A stretch of DNA of 64,000 nt from positions 434,001 to 498,000 of the forward strand of contig NW_021825323.1 of the NCBI RefSeq assembly GCF_006345805.1. The letters are read 5' to 3'. Under the pieces are notes generated by a model, which ran no database searches, had not been told where the DNA came from, and saw nothing but the letters and a program-made list of their open reading frames with translations. Below, in pieces: positions 10,843-22,529 of the stretch (its first letter is position 1; the number at the start of each line of letters is the position of its first letter). The translations under genes were made by a program, and so were the position numbers. The DNA comes from Octopus sinensis (Eukaryota).

Positions 10843-13800
10843 CCTAGAGCAGGATGGACACCGCATCGGAGAGACAGACGTCCGATGGCAAGAACATCGT
10901 CTTTGCCATTGCAGAAGGGATCGAGTGCACGACCCGGGAGGACTGGGTTAAATCCGCCCTTTCCCAAGTGTTGGGAAGAGCTTCCAGGATGCCCTGAAAT
11001 GGGTGGCCTACCCTGCTTCAGTGTTTCAATCGACGCTTTAGCTCGAACCTATCGTTAGATGCACTGAAGAAGCTGGCCAAGACCCCTCCTCCTGGCTCGC
11101 GGGGGAGGACTGCCGCTGCGGTTACGCCGTCAGGATGCCCCCCCGTGTTCTGAACAACACGAGCACCAGAGTAGTGAGTTATCGCTACTCTTGCAGGTTA
11201 AGGAGATATTTAGTAGGCATATCTCTGCGAATCGTGTTGTCCCCCTTGCGGACCGCAGAGTGGCCCGAAAGATACCTCGGTGGCAACTCAGAAGTGACGT
11301 AATGGGTTGCATCAATCGTGCCATAGCTTACGCGATCGTGCGTGAGCCTCCGGAGACAATGGACGAGATTTCTCTCTATTTGTACTCGGCACAGACAACC
11401 TATGATGAAATCACTCAGAGGCCTGCCCCAAAGAGTAGATGGAGAGAAAACATTGCCGCAAAAGTAGCCGCAAGGAAAGCCGAGCTGGAAGCGCTGACTG
11501 GGCACATTTTGAATGTGAGCAATGGGGTGAAGGGCAAGACTCCCCCCTTGGTGCGTACTTTACTTCGTCGGGAACGAGCTGCCAAATGGGATTTCAACGA
11601 GTTGAGGCGTGTCCGGGCAGAGAGGGAGGAGCTGATTCTCGTTTATCAGAAGAAGCTCACAACTCATGAGTCTCGGTGTCAGCGCAGGCGGGAGAACAAC
11701 CTGTTTGAATTTAATCGCAGGTCGTTCTATCGTCGGTTGCACGGAGAGACGAAGGGGGGTACCCAGCAAAAGGCCGAAATGCTTGACACATGGGGGAGTA
11801 TGTGGAAAGCACGTCCTCGCAAGGGTGTGTCGTTTCCGTTTTGTGGACCCGATGCTCCCTTGATGACCGAGTCTTGTGGTGTCTCTGACATCCGCAAGAA
11901 GTTCGATGAAGCAGTAACCCGTCTCTCTGACTGGAAGACACCTGGGGTCGATAAGGTGTATAATTTCTTTATTAAAAATTGCAAACCTATCCATGATTGC
12001 ATGTGTCGAGCAATCGAACAGTTTACACTAGACCCTGGCTCGATTCCAGAGTGGTTATGTACTGGGGTCACTTATTTGATCCCTAAAGTAAATAACCCTT
12101 TCGCTCCGACAGATTATCGTCCGATAACCTGTATGCCCAACCTGTACAAGTTGATGACTAAGGTGGTGGCTACTGAGGTCAGAAATTTCGTGAAGGTGAA
12201 TGGGATTGTCCGAGAACCAGTTAGGTACTCGGCGGGATTGCCAGGGAGCTAAGGAGCAGGCACTGATCAACAAATGCCTCGCGAGAGCCCACGGAAACTC
12301 ACTAGTGTCAATGTGGGTGGATGTGAAGAAGGCATATGACTCGGTTGATCATGCCTACCTTGTTGAGTGTCTGCGAAGGCTTAAGTTGCCAATGTGGTTT
12401 ATCAAATTTGTTGCAACTGTGATGGACAGGTGGAACGTGCATCTACATTACAACAAATGCGATATAGGCGAGGTGAAACTAGAGAGGGGCATATTACAGG
12501 GCGACAGCATGTCTCCGCTGCTGTTCGTCCTCTGCCTAGAACCGCTGAGTAGAGTCCTCACTGCCCAATTCGAACAAATGTCGATCGAACATGAAGAAGG
12601 GTGTTTTAACACCAACCATCTCATGTTCATAGACGACATTAAGCTGTTCGGTCGGTCTTCAGAGATCCTCCACTCGATGGGTAAAGTCCTGAAAGGTTTA
12701 ATGAAGGCCGTGGGGTTGGAGCTCAACTACAACAAGTCGGCGACTAACACCCCTGTGTGCGATGACCTAGTCAAAGTCTTGGAGGAACACCAAGGGTATA
12801 AGTATCTTGGTGTGGTTGAGAGTCCAGCCTCATTAATCACACCCGAAACGAGAAAGTGTGTAGTGGAGGGTGTGCGTAGTAGGGCGGCAATGTTATGTAA
12901 GACTCGGCTCAATGCACGGAACTTATTTCATGCCTTGAACGAGTATGCCATCTCATTGCTAAACTACTACGTTGGCCTGATCGAATTCGAGCCGAGTGAG
13001 TATGATGAAATGGACCTTATTGTCCGAAGAGTACTCCGAGAGAATCATGTCCACGTGTTGGCAAGCAATAAGGAGAGATTGTACTTGTCTCGCGGGCAGC
13101 TAGGACGTGGACTGAGTAACATCGTACACTTAAGTGAGCGAATTCTTACTAAGATGCACGACACCTTGTGGAGTGGGTCGAGTGTATCCCAAAGGAAGGC
13201 TGCCATCCTTGCTGCTGAAAAAGCGCGTGGTACACACCTAGGGACCATAAAAGGCTATGTGTCGGCTAAGTATGGTCTAGGTGCTACCCAAGTTAATGTG
13301 AAGGAGTTGATCAAACTTCAAAAGGAGTCTTTAATTAAAAAGATCAACTTAAAAGTCCTTCACAAGACTCTCTTTAGCAGCCTGGACAACCCGCACATTG
13401 ACGTATCGTCGTCATCTACGTGGCTGAAATATGGGAATAACTCTCCCCGATCAGAAGGGTTGTTCTCATATTTGCAGGATAGAAACTTTTTTAATGGTCA
13501 ACGGAAACAGTGTAACCACTGTAAGAGTAAGGCAATGACCGTTGACCATTTAGCCACGAAGTGCGGGAGTATGCTTTACCATGATTACACATGGAGGCAT
13601 AACGAGGTGGTGAGGTCCCTCCATCTTTTGCTCTGCAATAAGTACGGCTTGAGGCGGTCCAGAAAGTTGCGAACCCATCGAGTTCAATTGGTGTGTGAGA
13701 ACTCGCGGGTGTGCATTAAGGTGGATACCCCCATACGCACCTCGATTGTTGTCCAGCACAACAGACCCGACATTGTGGTCCACGATAAGGTCACCGGGGA

Positions 13801-14257
13801 GATTGTTATCGTGGAGGTGGGCATCACGTGCCTAGACCGTTTGCAGAGTGGGAAGTGGAGAAAAGGAGGAAGTATGACCTCCTTGCAAACGAGCTAGGAC
13901 TGATGCGCCAGTGCAAGTCCATGTCATCCCGTGTGTGATGACATGGATGGACTGGTCACCAAAACCACAAGCGGTACTTAAGACAGTTGGATGTAGATAA
14001 GTCTCTACAGGCTTATATACAGTCAACTGTTCTTAAGAGGACTCTGGAAAGTGTCTCGTTTGATGCTCGCCGATCCAGCACTTTCTTGACGTTTAGTCAG
14101 CAAGAGGCGCTGGACTGCACCTTCTCGAAGGTCTACAGTGCCAGAGAAGAGGAGGAAGAAGGGGAGGAGGTGCGTGGAGTGCCACCTTCTGCTCACTTCG
14201 AAGGCTCTGGACTTAGTTAGCAAAATTACTTAGTTAATTAGTTTCTTTTTTAATAAT
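10843..14257 (+). mobile_element. Near full-length R4/Dong-like (R2 group) RLE non-LTR retrotransposon
   Basis: One ORF broken by a few frameshifts: WKTPGVD, DYRPITCMP, GILQGDSMSPLLF, HLMFIDD, CCHC knuckle CNHC..HLATKC, RHNEV, NRPDIVV..VEVG; TAA repeats on both flanks. Confidence 0.9.
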
Positions 14258-16960
14258 CGTTTGTTTGTGAGTACATCAACCAGAAATGCTAAGTCAATCA
14301 AGAAATTTTTTTATCCAAAGGACACTCTTTTTGCTTTGATGAGTAAAAGTTTGATATTTCTTTTTGTAAATCAAGCACACGACATGCTGTTTCACCTTGT
14401 GATAGCCATTGAACTTTGCATGGTATAAAATGTCTTCAGCAGATATTTCACTACCGAAAAGAATTGTACGAAACTGTCTATGTCTCAATGCATTGTTTCG
14501 GATATATAATAATTTGTTTTACTTCATTAAGTGTATCTTCAATTTTTTTAATTTTTGTAGGAGTGATAGATTAAGATGCTCGGCAATATGAAACTGTCGG
14601 CGCTGAATTGTGTCACGTGAAAGTGGAATTGCTTTAAAGTTATGCTCCTTGTCGGGATCAATGCATTTAACTGATTCCATGATACATCTTTTCACAAGTT
14701 CGCCGTCTGAAAAAGAATTTCGAGCAGATCCAAGGATATGAGCAACTCGAAAGGATGCTTCAACTCTTGCATTTGCCACATTTTAAAAAGTTTTTAAACA
14801 TTTTTTTTGTTGTCTTAATTTTTATTTCAAATTTTCGACGGAATTTTCTCTTGAACACTTGGACTTGACAACTAGGTGGTCTAAATGTCTTTGAAAATGT
14901 TGTTTAGCATTGTCCCGTTTTATAGTTTTCACAATCTCATGGCACAATAAGCATTGCATGCTATTGTTGTCTTTTTCGACTACGAAGTATTCACTTTCCC
15001 AGTTGATATTAAATTTTCTTTTTTCTTCATTCAAAGAACGTCGTCTTTTAACAGGTAATGACATAAATAAATTAAGCCGTTTATGATAATTACTTTTAAT
15101 AAAGGTTAACCATTATATAAAAATAGAATTTTATTTAATATGAATATTTTTAATTATTATTTAGGGTTTTTCTTGATTAATTAACACTATGAGCATTATA
15201 TTTAAGATTAGTTGCTCGATGACCTAATTGTGCCCACGGCCGCACATTCATCGACTCACGGCCGCACTTGCGCACCCCTGCTTTAAGTGAACATTATAAA
15301 CAGTCAAGAATTGAAATATATAATTACAAAAATTAAATTATTTTATTTAAAAAATGTCAATAAAGTTATATAGTCTAAAAATTTTTCATTTTCGATTTAA
15401 AACTAACACCTCACTTCTTACCCCCAGCAAATCCCATTCACACTACTGGAATAAAGTTACGTCTTTTCGTGGTCTTGTCGGGTTTAGTGATTCCCCACAC
15501 TTATTATATAATTTTTAAATGTTTTATTGAGTCTGTAGAGCAAACAAACTGCAGAATCTTTTTCCATGTATATTGCGCCATTAAATGATTTCGTCCGTAA
15601 CTTTTTGAGGTTTCAAAGGCATCGGGAAAAACTTAAAAGCTTCCGGAATATACAGGTATTTCGGCCTCTTTTACTCTTTGACATGAGCATTGCGGAGCCC
15701 GGATTGCTCCGAGTCTTGAATAGTATCGTCGCCGAAAAAGAGTCGATGCAGGTGGTATCTTAAACCATGGACTTGTCTTACCAAAAGGAAAAGACGCCAT
15801 CCCATCAGGACGCTTGGCATTGCTCCGGAAAAGGCCGACTTGCTCTAAAGTGGAAGCGAAACCACCCGACTCTACACCTTTTTGATATCAAATATCCGAA
15901 CTGATTGTCAAACGTCATTACTGTGGTTTCTAATTTCCGAACTGGAATGTCAAACGTCATTATTGTGTTTTCTAATATTCGAACTGTGATGTCAAAAATG
16001 TTAATGTTAAAATTACGTATCTAAAAAAATATAAATGGATTTTTGTTCGTTCGAAATGAATACTTTTGTTAAAACTATGAATACTTCTTCTCGTGTTAGT
16101 AAAACATATAATAAAACAAATTTGGAAGCCAAAATGAGAATTATATCTGCTTATGAAAATGAAGCTGCAGATTGGCATATTGTGGCGGAATCGAATGGAG
16201 TTAAGCGAAATAAAGCTTATAAATGGATAAGAAATGCTTCACAACCTAATAAAAAACGTGGAGGATTCAGATGGTCAAAAATCACAGACAATGAAATATC
16301 GAGAATAATAAACTATGTTGAGGAAAATCCTGTCATCACTCTAAGCGAAATTTGTGCGAGACTACTTAATGAAACTGGAATTTCTATCCATTATTCGACA
16401 GCAGCTAAATATTTACATGAAAAATTATTTACAGTTAAGAAAGTATTTTTATATTGGTAAAATCAAGGTTATAACTGAAACCAATTTAATGAATTCAGAA
16501 GCAAACAAGATGAAAAGAAAAGAATATGTCGAAAAAATAATAAATAGAAAAAGTCAAGACAAAAATATAATTTATATGGACGAAACTAATGTAATCTTAT
16601 TTTTAAAAAGAACTCAAGTATAATTTATTAATGTTGATTTTCGAATGGGTGCTCGTTAAAAGGAAAAAGATGCATTTTAAAGACTCCAGCAAACAAGGGA
16701 CAAAATATTCACATAATTGGAGCCATTAATGATAACAAATTAATATATTGGGAACGAAGACGCGGACATTTTAAAAAAAGAATTGCCAGCAATGGTTCAG
16801 AGATATGATCAGAAGTACAAATGAAAAATATTCAGAAATTTGTATTGTGATAGACAACGCACCGGTACATCCACAGTTAGAGAAAATGATTGGAGAAGAA
16901 TTTCGAGATATTGAAATTATAAGATTGGGACCTTACAGTGCACCATTAAATCCAATAGAG

Positions 16961-17474
16961 CATCGGTTCTTAACCTTTTTCAAATTTTTGATAAATTGTA
17001 CCCCTTGGGGTTAAAAATGAATCCCGCGTACCCCCTATTTTTTCATTTTTTGAGATAAATTATTTTCTAACTAAACAAAATCAATAAAATATTTTATGCC
17101 GAAAAAGTGTAAAGGATTTAGTTCTAGTGATATATTTGTTGTTGCTTTTCTGCAACAAGTTTTTTAATATTCGGATCCATGTTGCTAAGAGCGATTCGCA
17201 TATCATCTCCAATTTTCAATTGATTACGAGATTTATTTTTAATAAATGATAAACAAGACATCGAAGTTTCGCATAAGTATGTTGTTGGATAAGGAATTAA
17301 ATATTGCATACTAGCCATAGTCAATTACGAATACTTTGGAATCATTTTACTCCAAAATTCCATAAGTGTGCAAGAATTGAAACATATCTGAATAATCACA
17401 AAAATTGTTCCGCGTACCCCCTGGATCTTCTCGCGTACCCCCTGGGCACATTTACCCCGGGTTAAGAAACCCTG
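16961..17474 (-). mobile_element. Non-autonomous Buster-type hAT element
   Basis: TIRs CATCGGTTCTTAACC and GGTTAAGAAACCCTG; perfect TSD CAATAGAG; dimerization remnant PYPTTYLCETSMSCLSFIKNKSRNQL. Confidence 0.9.
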
Positions 17475-17784
17475 CAATAGAGGAATGCTGGAGCGTGCTT
17501 AAAAGTGAACTAAAAAGAAAAATGGCGACAACTGATTTTTTAATTACAGAAAATGGACTCACCCAAAAAGAAACCAGGCTAACAATTTTAGAAAATTGCA
17601 TAGACACTTGTATTTCTGCAATAACACAAAAATTTGCTCACTAACATGCAATCATGTTCAGAAACATTTTCCAAGTATTATCGAGATGAACGATTTAACT
17701 CCCGATGACAATATTTAGCAACTTAACATTGATTACATTAATAAATATTATTTTTTTACTAATGTGCAGAAAATATAGGAACGG

Positions 17785-18313
17785 ACGTTTGACATCTCAG
17801 TTCGGATATTAGAAAACACAATAATGACGTTTGACATCTCAGTTCGGATATTAGAAATCACAAAAATGACGTTTTACATCTCAGTTCGGATATTAGAAAT
17901 CACAACAATGACGTTTTACATCTCAGTTCGGATATTAGAAATCACAACAATGACGTTTTACATCTCAGTTCGGATATTAGAAATCACAACAATGACGTTT
18001 TACATCTCAGTTCGGATATTAGAAATCACAACAATGACGTTTTACATCTCAGTTCGGATATTAGAAATCACAACAATGACGTTTTACATCTCAGTTCGGA
18101 TATTAGAAATCACAACAATGACGTTTTACATCTCAGTTCGGATATTAGAAATCACAACAATGACGTTTTACATCTCAGTTCGGATATTAGAAATCACAAC
18201 AATGACGTTTTACATCTCAGTTCGGATATTAGAAATCACAACAATGACGTTTTACATCTCAGTTCGGATATTAGAAATTACAACAATGACGTTTGACATC
18301 TCAGTTCGGATAT
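17785..18313. repeat. 42-bp tandem array, about 12.5 copies
   Basis: Unit ACAACAATGACGTTTTACATCTCAGTTCGGATATTAGAAATC; 2-3 inverted copies at about 15890-15995. Confidence 0.97.
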
Positions 18314-19573
18314 TTGACATCCTAGTTCGGATATTCGATACCAAAAAGGTGTAGAGCCCTCCTGACAACGGCATTGAGTTGAATGTGGCAAGGAGTTCTA
18401 CCGGCACCTAGTACACGAAAAGGCGTGCAAGCCTTTCGCCAAAATTGTAGTCTCGTACTGGCAACAAGGGGATGGCAGATGTCCAAGCGTAAAAGGATGT
18501 CAATCGGTAAGGATTTATCGTCCAGTACTAATCCCGTGCTGGAAATAGGGAGTGCTTTGGAACAATCTTTCATAAGCGACTGATAAGCGCAGTTTGATAA
18601 AGCCAGTTGGATTTGGTCCGACTTTTAACTAAGTTTTCGTAAAGTGTTTATGCAGAAGATATTGTTTGCAGCCTCTTTGGACTGAACGAATCGCGAGGAA
18701 ATCAAAGTCAAGTGAGCACCAAGTACGACAAGAAAAATATTCCGAGACTAATTTTTATTTCTTAGACTTTTGTTTAAAAGTAAATTGTATGGATGTTCCC
18801 TTGAAAAATGAAAATCGAAATTTTTTGTCAGACTCATGATTTTCGTGGTTTACTTTTACAACCAATAATCTTTATCCCGGTTTCTGGATAAAAGCAGTGG
18901 TAAGAGTTCAAGTGATTCAAGAGGTTTTTAATTAAAAAACAATTATGAACTTCATATATTTTCCTCTAACAAAAAATGACTTACTCTTTTTGCTAGCTAA
19001 TTTCCTGCCAAGGTCATTAATGAAGACCGAAATAAGTTTTCTGAGACTCCAAAATAAATTAGAATGGACTAAATGAGTTTAGCCAAAGAAACACCACAAG
19101 TACGTCACATTTGCAACCTGCCGAATAACTTAGATGGTTTTGGTAAATCCAGAAGCCATAAAGACATTAAAAAGCGTGGGACTCAGCACAGAGCCCTGAG
19201 GGATCCCGCGAAGGACTGTTCTGACTTTAGAAAAGACCTCCTGGTTCCGTACGACCTGTCCGCGAGATTCAAAGAACCTGACACGGAGCTCCTGAGGCTG
19301 TCGTGTCACACCGAGTCAAAGGCCTTTTCTATGTAAGGACTAACTAATATACCGCACTTCCTTTTCTGAGGGACACCATCCACAAGCAGTCACCGCACAA
19401 ACGACCCTCCCTGAAACCCCATTGGAACTCGGGGAGGGCATCCGCCACCTTCAGCTTCTCCAGGAGCCTTCGGTGCATGATTCATTCTAAAATTTTAGAT
19501 ACAGCAGGGAGCAAGGAAATGGGCCTGTATCCCCCGGGGACATCATGAGGCATCCCGGGTTTTCCGATAAGAA

Positions 19574-19980
19574 AACCCGGGCTTTGAAAACGACAACTGG
19601 CGAGCCACAGGCTAGTACCCGGGAGTACTAGGCGCTCGGCTTCAGCAGGAGATCCCAGGGTGACCCCCACTATTTCAAGAGAGCGGTAACCTTGCTGGCA
19701 GAGGCAATGGGGTACTCCCGTCCTCTAGGTGCTCTAAAAGGTCATTATCCTTGGTTCCCCATGTATCTACAGACGAATAAAGGAGAAGCATTTGAGAATA
19801 AATTTATTGAAATAGTATGCAATGATTTACAGATAAGTAGATTTGCCTAAGAACCATGGATTCAGGGTCAAATAGACAAGCCAAACGATTGACAAAATTT
19901 GAATAATCGAAAATATTTATTGCATGAATGACATCATACGGAGGGCCATCGACTCGGCGTGATTTCCTTCAGTCCTTGAA
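19574..19980. mobile_element. Mosaic insertion (CRE, ORF1-like, integrase and CRE fragments)
   Basis: Flanked by GGTTTTCCGATAAGAA (19558-19573) and GGTTTTCAGATAAGAA (19981-19996); 19580-19926 matches 49510-49855. Confidence 0.7.
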
Positions 19981-20062
19981 GGTTTTCAGATAAGAATTAC
20001 CTCAGCCACTTCCCACCTAAAAGGAATCATCCCAAGTCGCAACCTCCCGCTAAACAAGACTA

Positions 20063-20547
20063 TACCATTTTCAGTTAAAGTTTGACAATTTTTATATCAA
20101 TTTTGACAACGCAATGTTCAATTTTGAAACTTTTTGCATCAATTTTGACAATGTAACATTCAATGTTGACAATGCAATAAGCAATATTGACATTTTTTAC
20201 ATCAGTTTCGAGAATACAATATTCAATTTTGACATTTTTAGATCAATTTTGACAAATATTTTTATAACGGGCACACACAAGGACTTTTTTTAATCGGCTA
20301 AATGAAGATGAGAGTTAATAAAGACAATTTTATTAATCAAGTCAGGTTAATGGAATCCCAATCGTACAATTTGCAATGATTTTGTCTTTATTTCCGTAAA
20401 AATTCCGTATTTTCTCCCGAGTTAGATCTGTCATATTTTAATAATAGTGCTCGAAATTTCGTCAGCTTTCCATTTTCCATTGTCAAATTTGAATATTGCT
20501 TTGTCAAAATTGATTTAAAAATTGTCAAACCTGAACTGAAAACTGTA
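20063..20547. mobile_element. Tc1-family MITE with 21-bp subterminal repeats
   Basis: TIRs TAC(C/A)(A/G)TTTTCAGTT(A/C)A(A/G)GTTTGACAATTTTTA with flanking TA; matches 63477-63845. Confidence 0.85.
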
Positions 20548-21459
20548 TAGTAAGGCGGTGATCAACCACGGCGGGGCTTTCTTGAAGATGGCCATAGGGA
20601 TCCGATCCAGACCTGCCTCGGTTTTCTTACTTCGGGAGATCGGTGCCAGAATTTCCGCTTCGGAAATATCGCCTGCATCGTCCCTAGATATGTCCAGCTG
20701 GCAGCACTTGTCCAACGAAAATATCTCCTAAATAATATCAAAGGACGATGTCTCCACGAACTGACTTCCGTCAGTTCCAGAGATGTCATTGAGGTGGGTT
20801 GAAAATATTTAAGCCACCTCAACCGGGTCCGAGACGAGAATACCACCAGAGCGTTTAATGAGCACTGTATTTACCTCGCCTCTCCCGAAAGGCTTTTCAA
20901 CTGTTTCCAGAAGGCCGGGAAGCGGACTCGCCTGTGAACTTTCGAATTCACGGATTTTTCTTCTGATCTCCCTCTGAAGCCGGCTAATCCAGCAACGAAA
21001 CCAAACACGGTTTACCTTGTAGACACATTTGTCCCGTAACCTGAAAAGCCGGCGCTTGAACCTAATTGTATTTAACAGCCGGTACGGAAGCGTGGGATGT
21101 GACTGACCCTGCACTAAGTTCTGTTTGAAATTATCTCGCATATAATCAGTCAGAGCAGCATTGATCAAATTATCTATCGCCTTCAACTCACGTATGTCGG
21201 CGCAGGTATTCCCTACCAGAAGTGGGGGCAACCTACAAACCATGAACCTCTCCTGGTTAGTCCAAGAACCCGACCGGAGTTCAAAGTATCCTGGAACCCT
21301 TTTTGGAATTGGCTCCCGGAGTTCGTGCAATAGAGGCAGATGGTCGCTCCCAATATAAAGCAATAAAATTGTTTTGCTAACCCAATGCTCTATATGCTTG
21401 GCATTCAGGGCCCCAACAACCATCGCCTTTTGATGCCTTCCAAAAAATTGACTGATAAT

Positions 21460-22490
21460 CACAAGACTTGCCAACAGGTACGAACACCTGAGACATCCCA
21501 ACTGTTCTGTATGAAAGGACTCTCTAGAAAGTCAAGTCCAAGCAATTTCCAGGTGTGAACAGCCACAGGGTATTCCGTAAGCTCGCCGAGTTCTGGTGAG
21601 TTTATAAGAACAGAGCGAAAGAAATTTCCAGAAGCGGACAAGGAGATATAGTAAGGCAAGATCTTTACAAGAACGAACCCCAATACCCCCAAAGCGGGAT
21701 GGGAGCGCAGCACAAGAGCTTCCCACCTTTGTAAACAAAATGTTAAAAAGGAATTGTAACGACAAAGCAACAGCGTCATCCAAAGCCAGAAGTTCTTGAT
21801 GTAAACAATAACAAAAGGATGTACGGAGCAAATAAGTTAGCCGAGGATTGTAAAGAACGTTTTTGAGCAAGAATAGTCCCAAATGAGACTAAAAATGACG
21901 AATTTGAGTGCACGGATGCAAAATCTTTTCTTGTTGTGAGGTGACAGCCTTCACAACACCCTTCATCACATATAGCAGAACCAATAATCACAAGATATGC
22001 AAGAGTAGTTACACGGAGGTCGTCAATCCTGTCAGAAGGACCATAAAAGCATTGCACTAAAGTGTCAGTTGATCCGAAAGTCCTACGAATTGACATTTAT
22101 CGCTATTTAAAGAAAGCCTAATTTTTCGAATTCAGATTTTACCAACGAGAAGTCCTCCATAATCACGAGTGACGTCGTTAAAATACCAAAAACTGACCGG
22201 CTAGGAAGAGTTGCGTGCCACATGATCGACACAGACAGCGAATAAAAGAGGGCCTAGGGGATCACCCTATTTGATTCTACACTCCGACCTTATGAATTTC
22301 CCCGAAAACAGAAGACTGCTTCGCATGAAATATGCAAGAGAAACTTTTGGATATAGTTCGGGGCAGCGTTTGGCGACTGTCTCAAGCATGTGGTCACTCC
22401 TGACGCTATTGAAAGCGTTCTTGAAATCATGTTTGAGAAGGAAGATAACATTCTTTGGCTTTGAAAACGACAACTGGCGGGCCATGGGCT
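21460..22490 (-). mobile_element. CRE-like RT region, degenerate
   Basis: LLKHDFKNAFNSVR, QGDPLGPLLF, LLKNVL..PRLTYLLR, LPSRFGGIGVRS; paralog of 48550-49540. Confidence 0.85.
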
Positions 22491-22529
22491 AGTACCCAGG
22501 AATACTAGGCGTTCGGCATCCCTCGACGA

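Larger units (their letters stand above)
6422..15280 (-). mobile_element. Buster/SPIN-type hAT transposon (GTF2IRD2-like), defective, hosting a 6.9-kb nested retro-insertion
   Basis: TIRs CAGGGATGCGCAAG and CTTGCGCACCCCTG; perfect 8-bp TSD CTTTAAGT (6414-6421, 15281-15288); BED-like CLLC..H..H at 14822-15064; LFGSTYLCEFTFFKMKYLKSQYRSRITD at 6710-6928. Confidence 0.93.
15875..18351 (+). mobile_element. IS630/Tc1-like DD34E transposon with introns and a subterminal array
   Basis: TIRs CACCTTTTTG(A/G)TATC, TA TSD (15873-4, 18352-3); IYMDETN, VIDNAPVH, PYSAPLNPIEE with 34 residues between D and E; 25-nt intron at 16443-16467. Confidence 0.9.
15545..18740 (-). mobile_element. CRE-like retrotransposon fragment split by the Tc1-like element
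   Basis: 15545-15872 and 18354-18740 rejoin as CGACTCTAGAGCCCTCC, which is intact in the CRE copy at about 47130. Confidence 0.8.
19155..21455 (-). mobile_element. Jockey/I-like LINE (family B) copy, interrupted twice
   Basis: Colinear with 23245-24735; insertions at 19574-19980 and 20063-20547. Confidence 0.85.

Noticed and set aside
11130-14223. Numerous antisense or overlapping ORFs in GC-rich LINEs
   Set aside because: Shadow ORFs expected from GC content; no recognisable domains.
17785-18313. CRISPR-like array or 176-aa repeat protein
   Set aside because: Units are contiguous with no unique spacers and no cas genes are present; the ORF arises from a stop-free 42-bp unit inside a transposon end.
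15875-18351. Fanzor/TnpB cargo in the IS630/Tc1-like element
   Set aside because: No RuvC or zinc-finger ORF; the interior is explained by the transposase, nested hAT and repeats.
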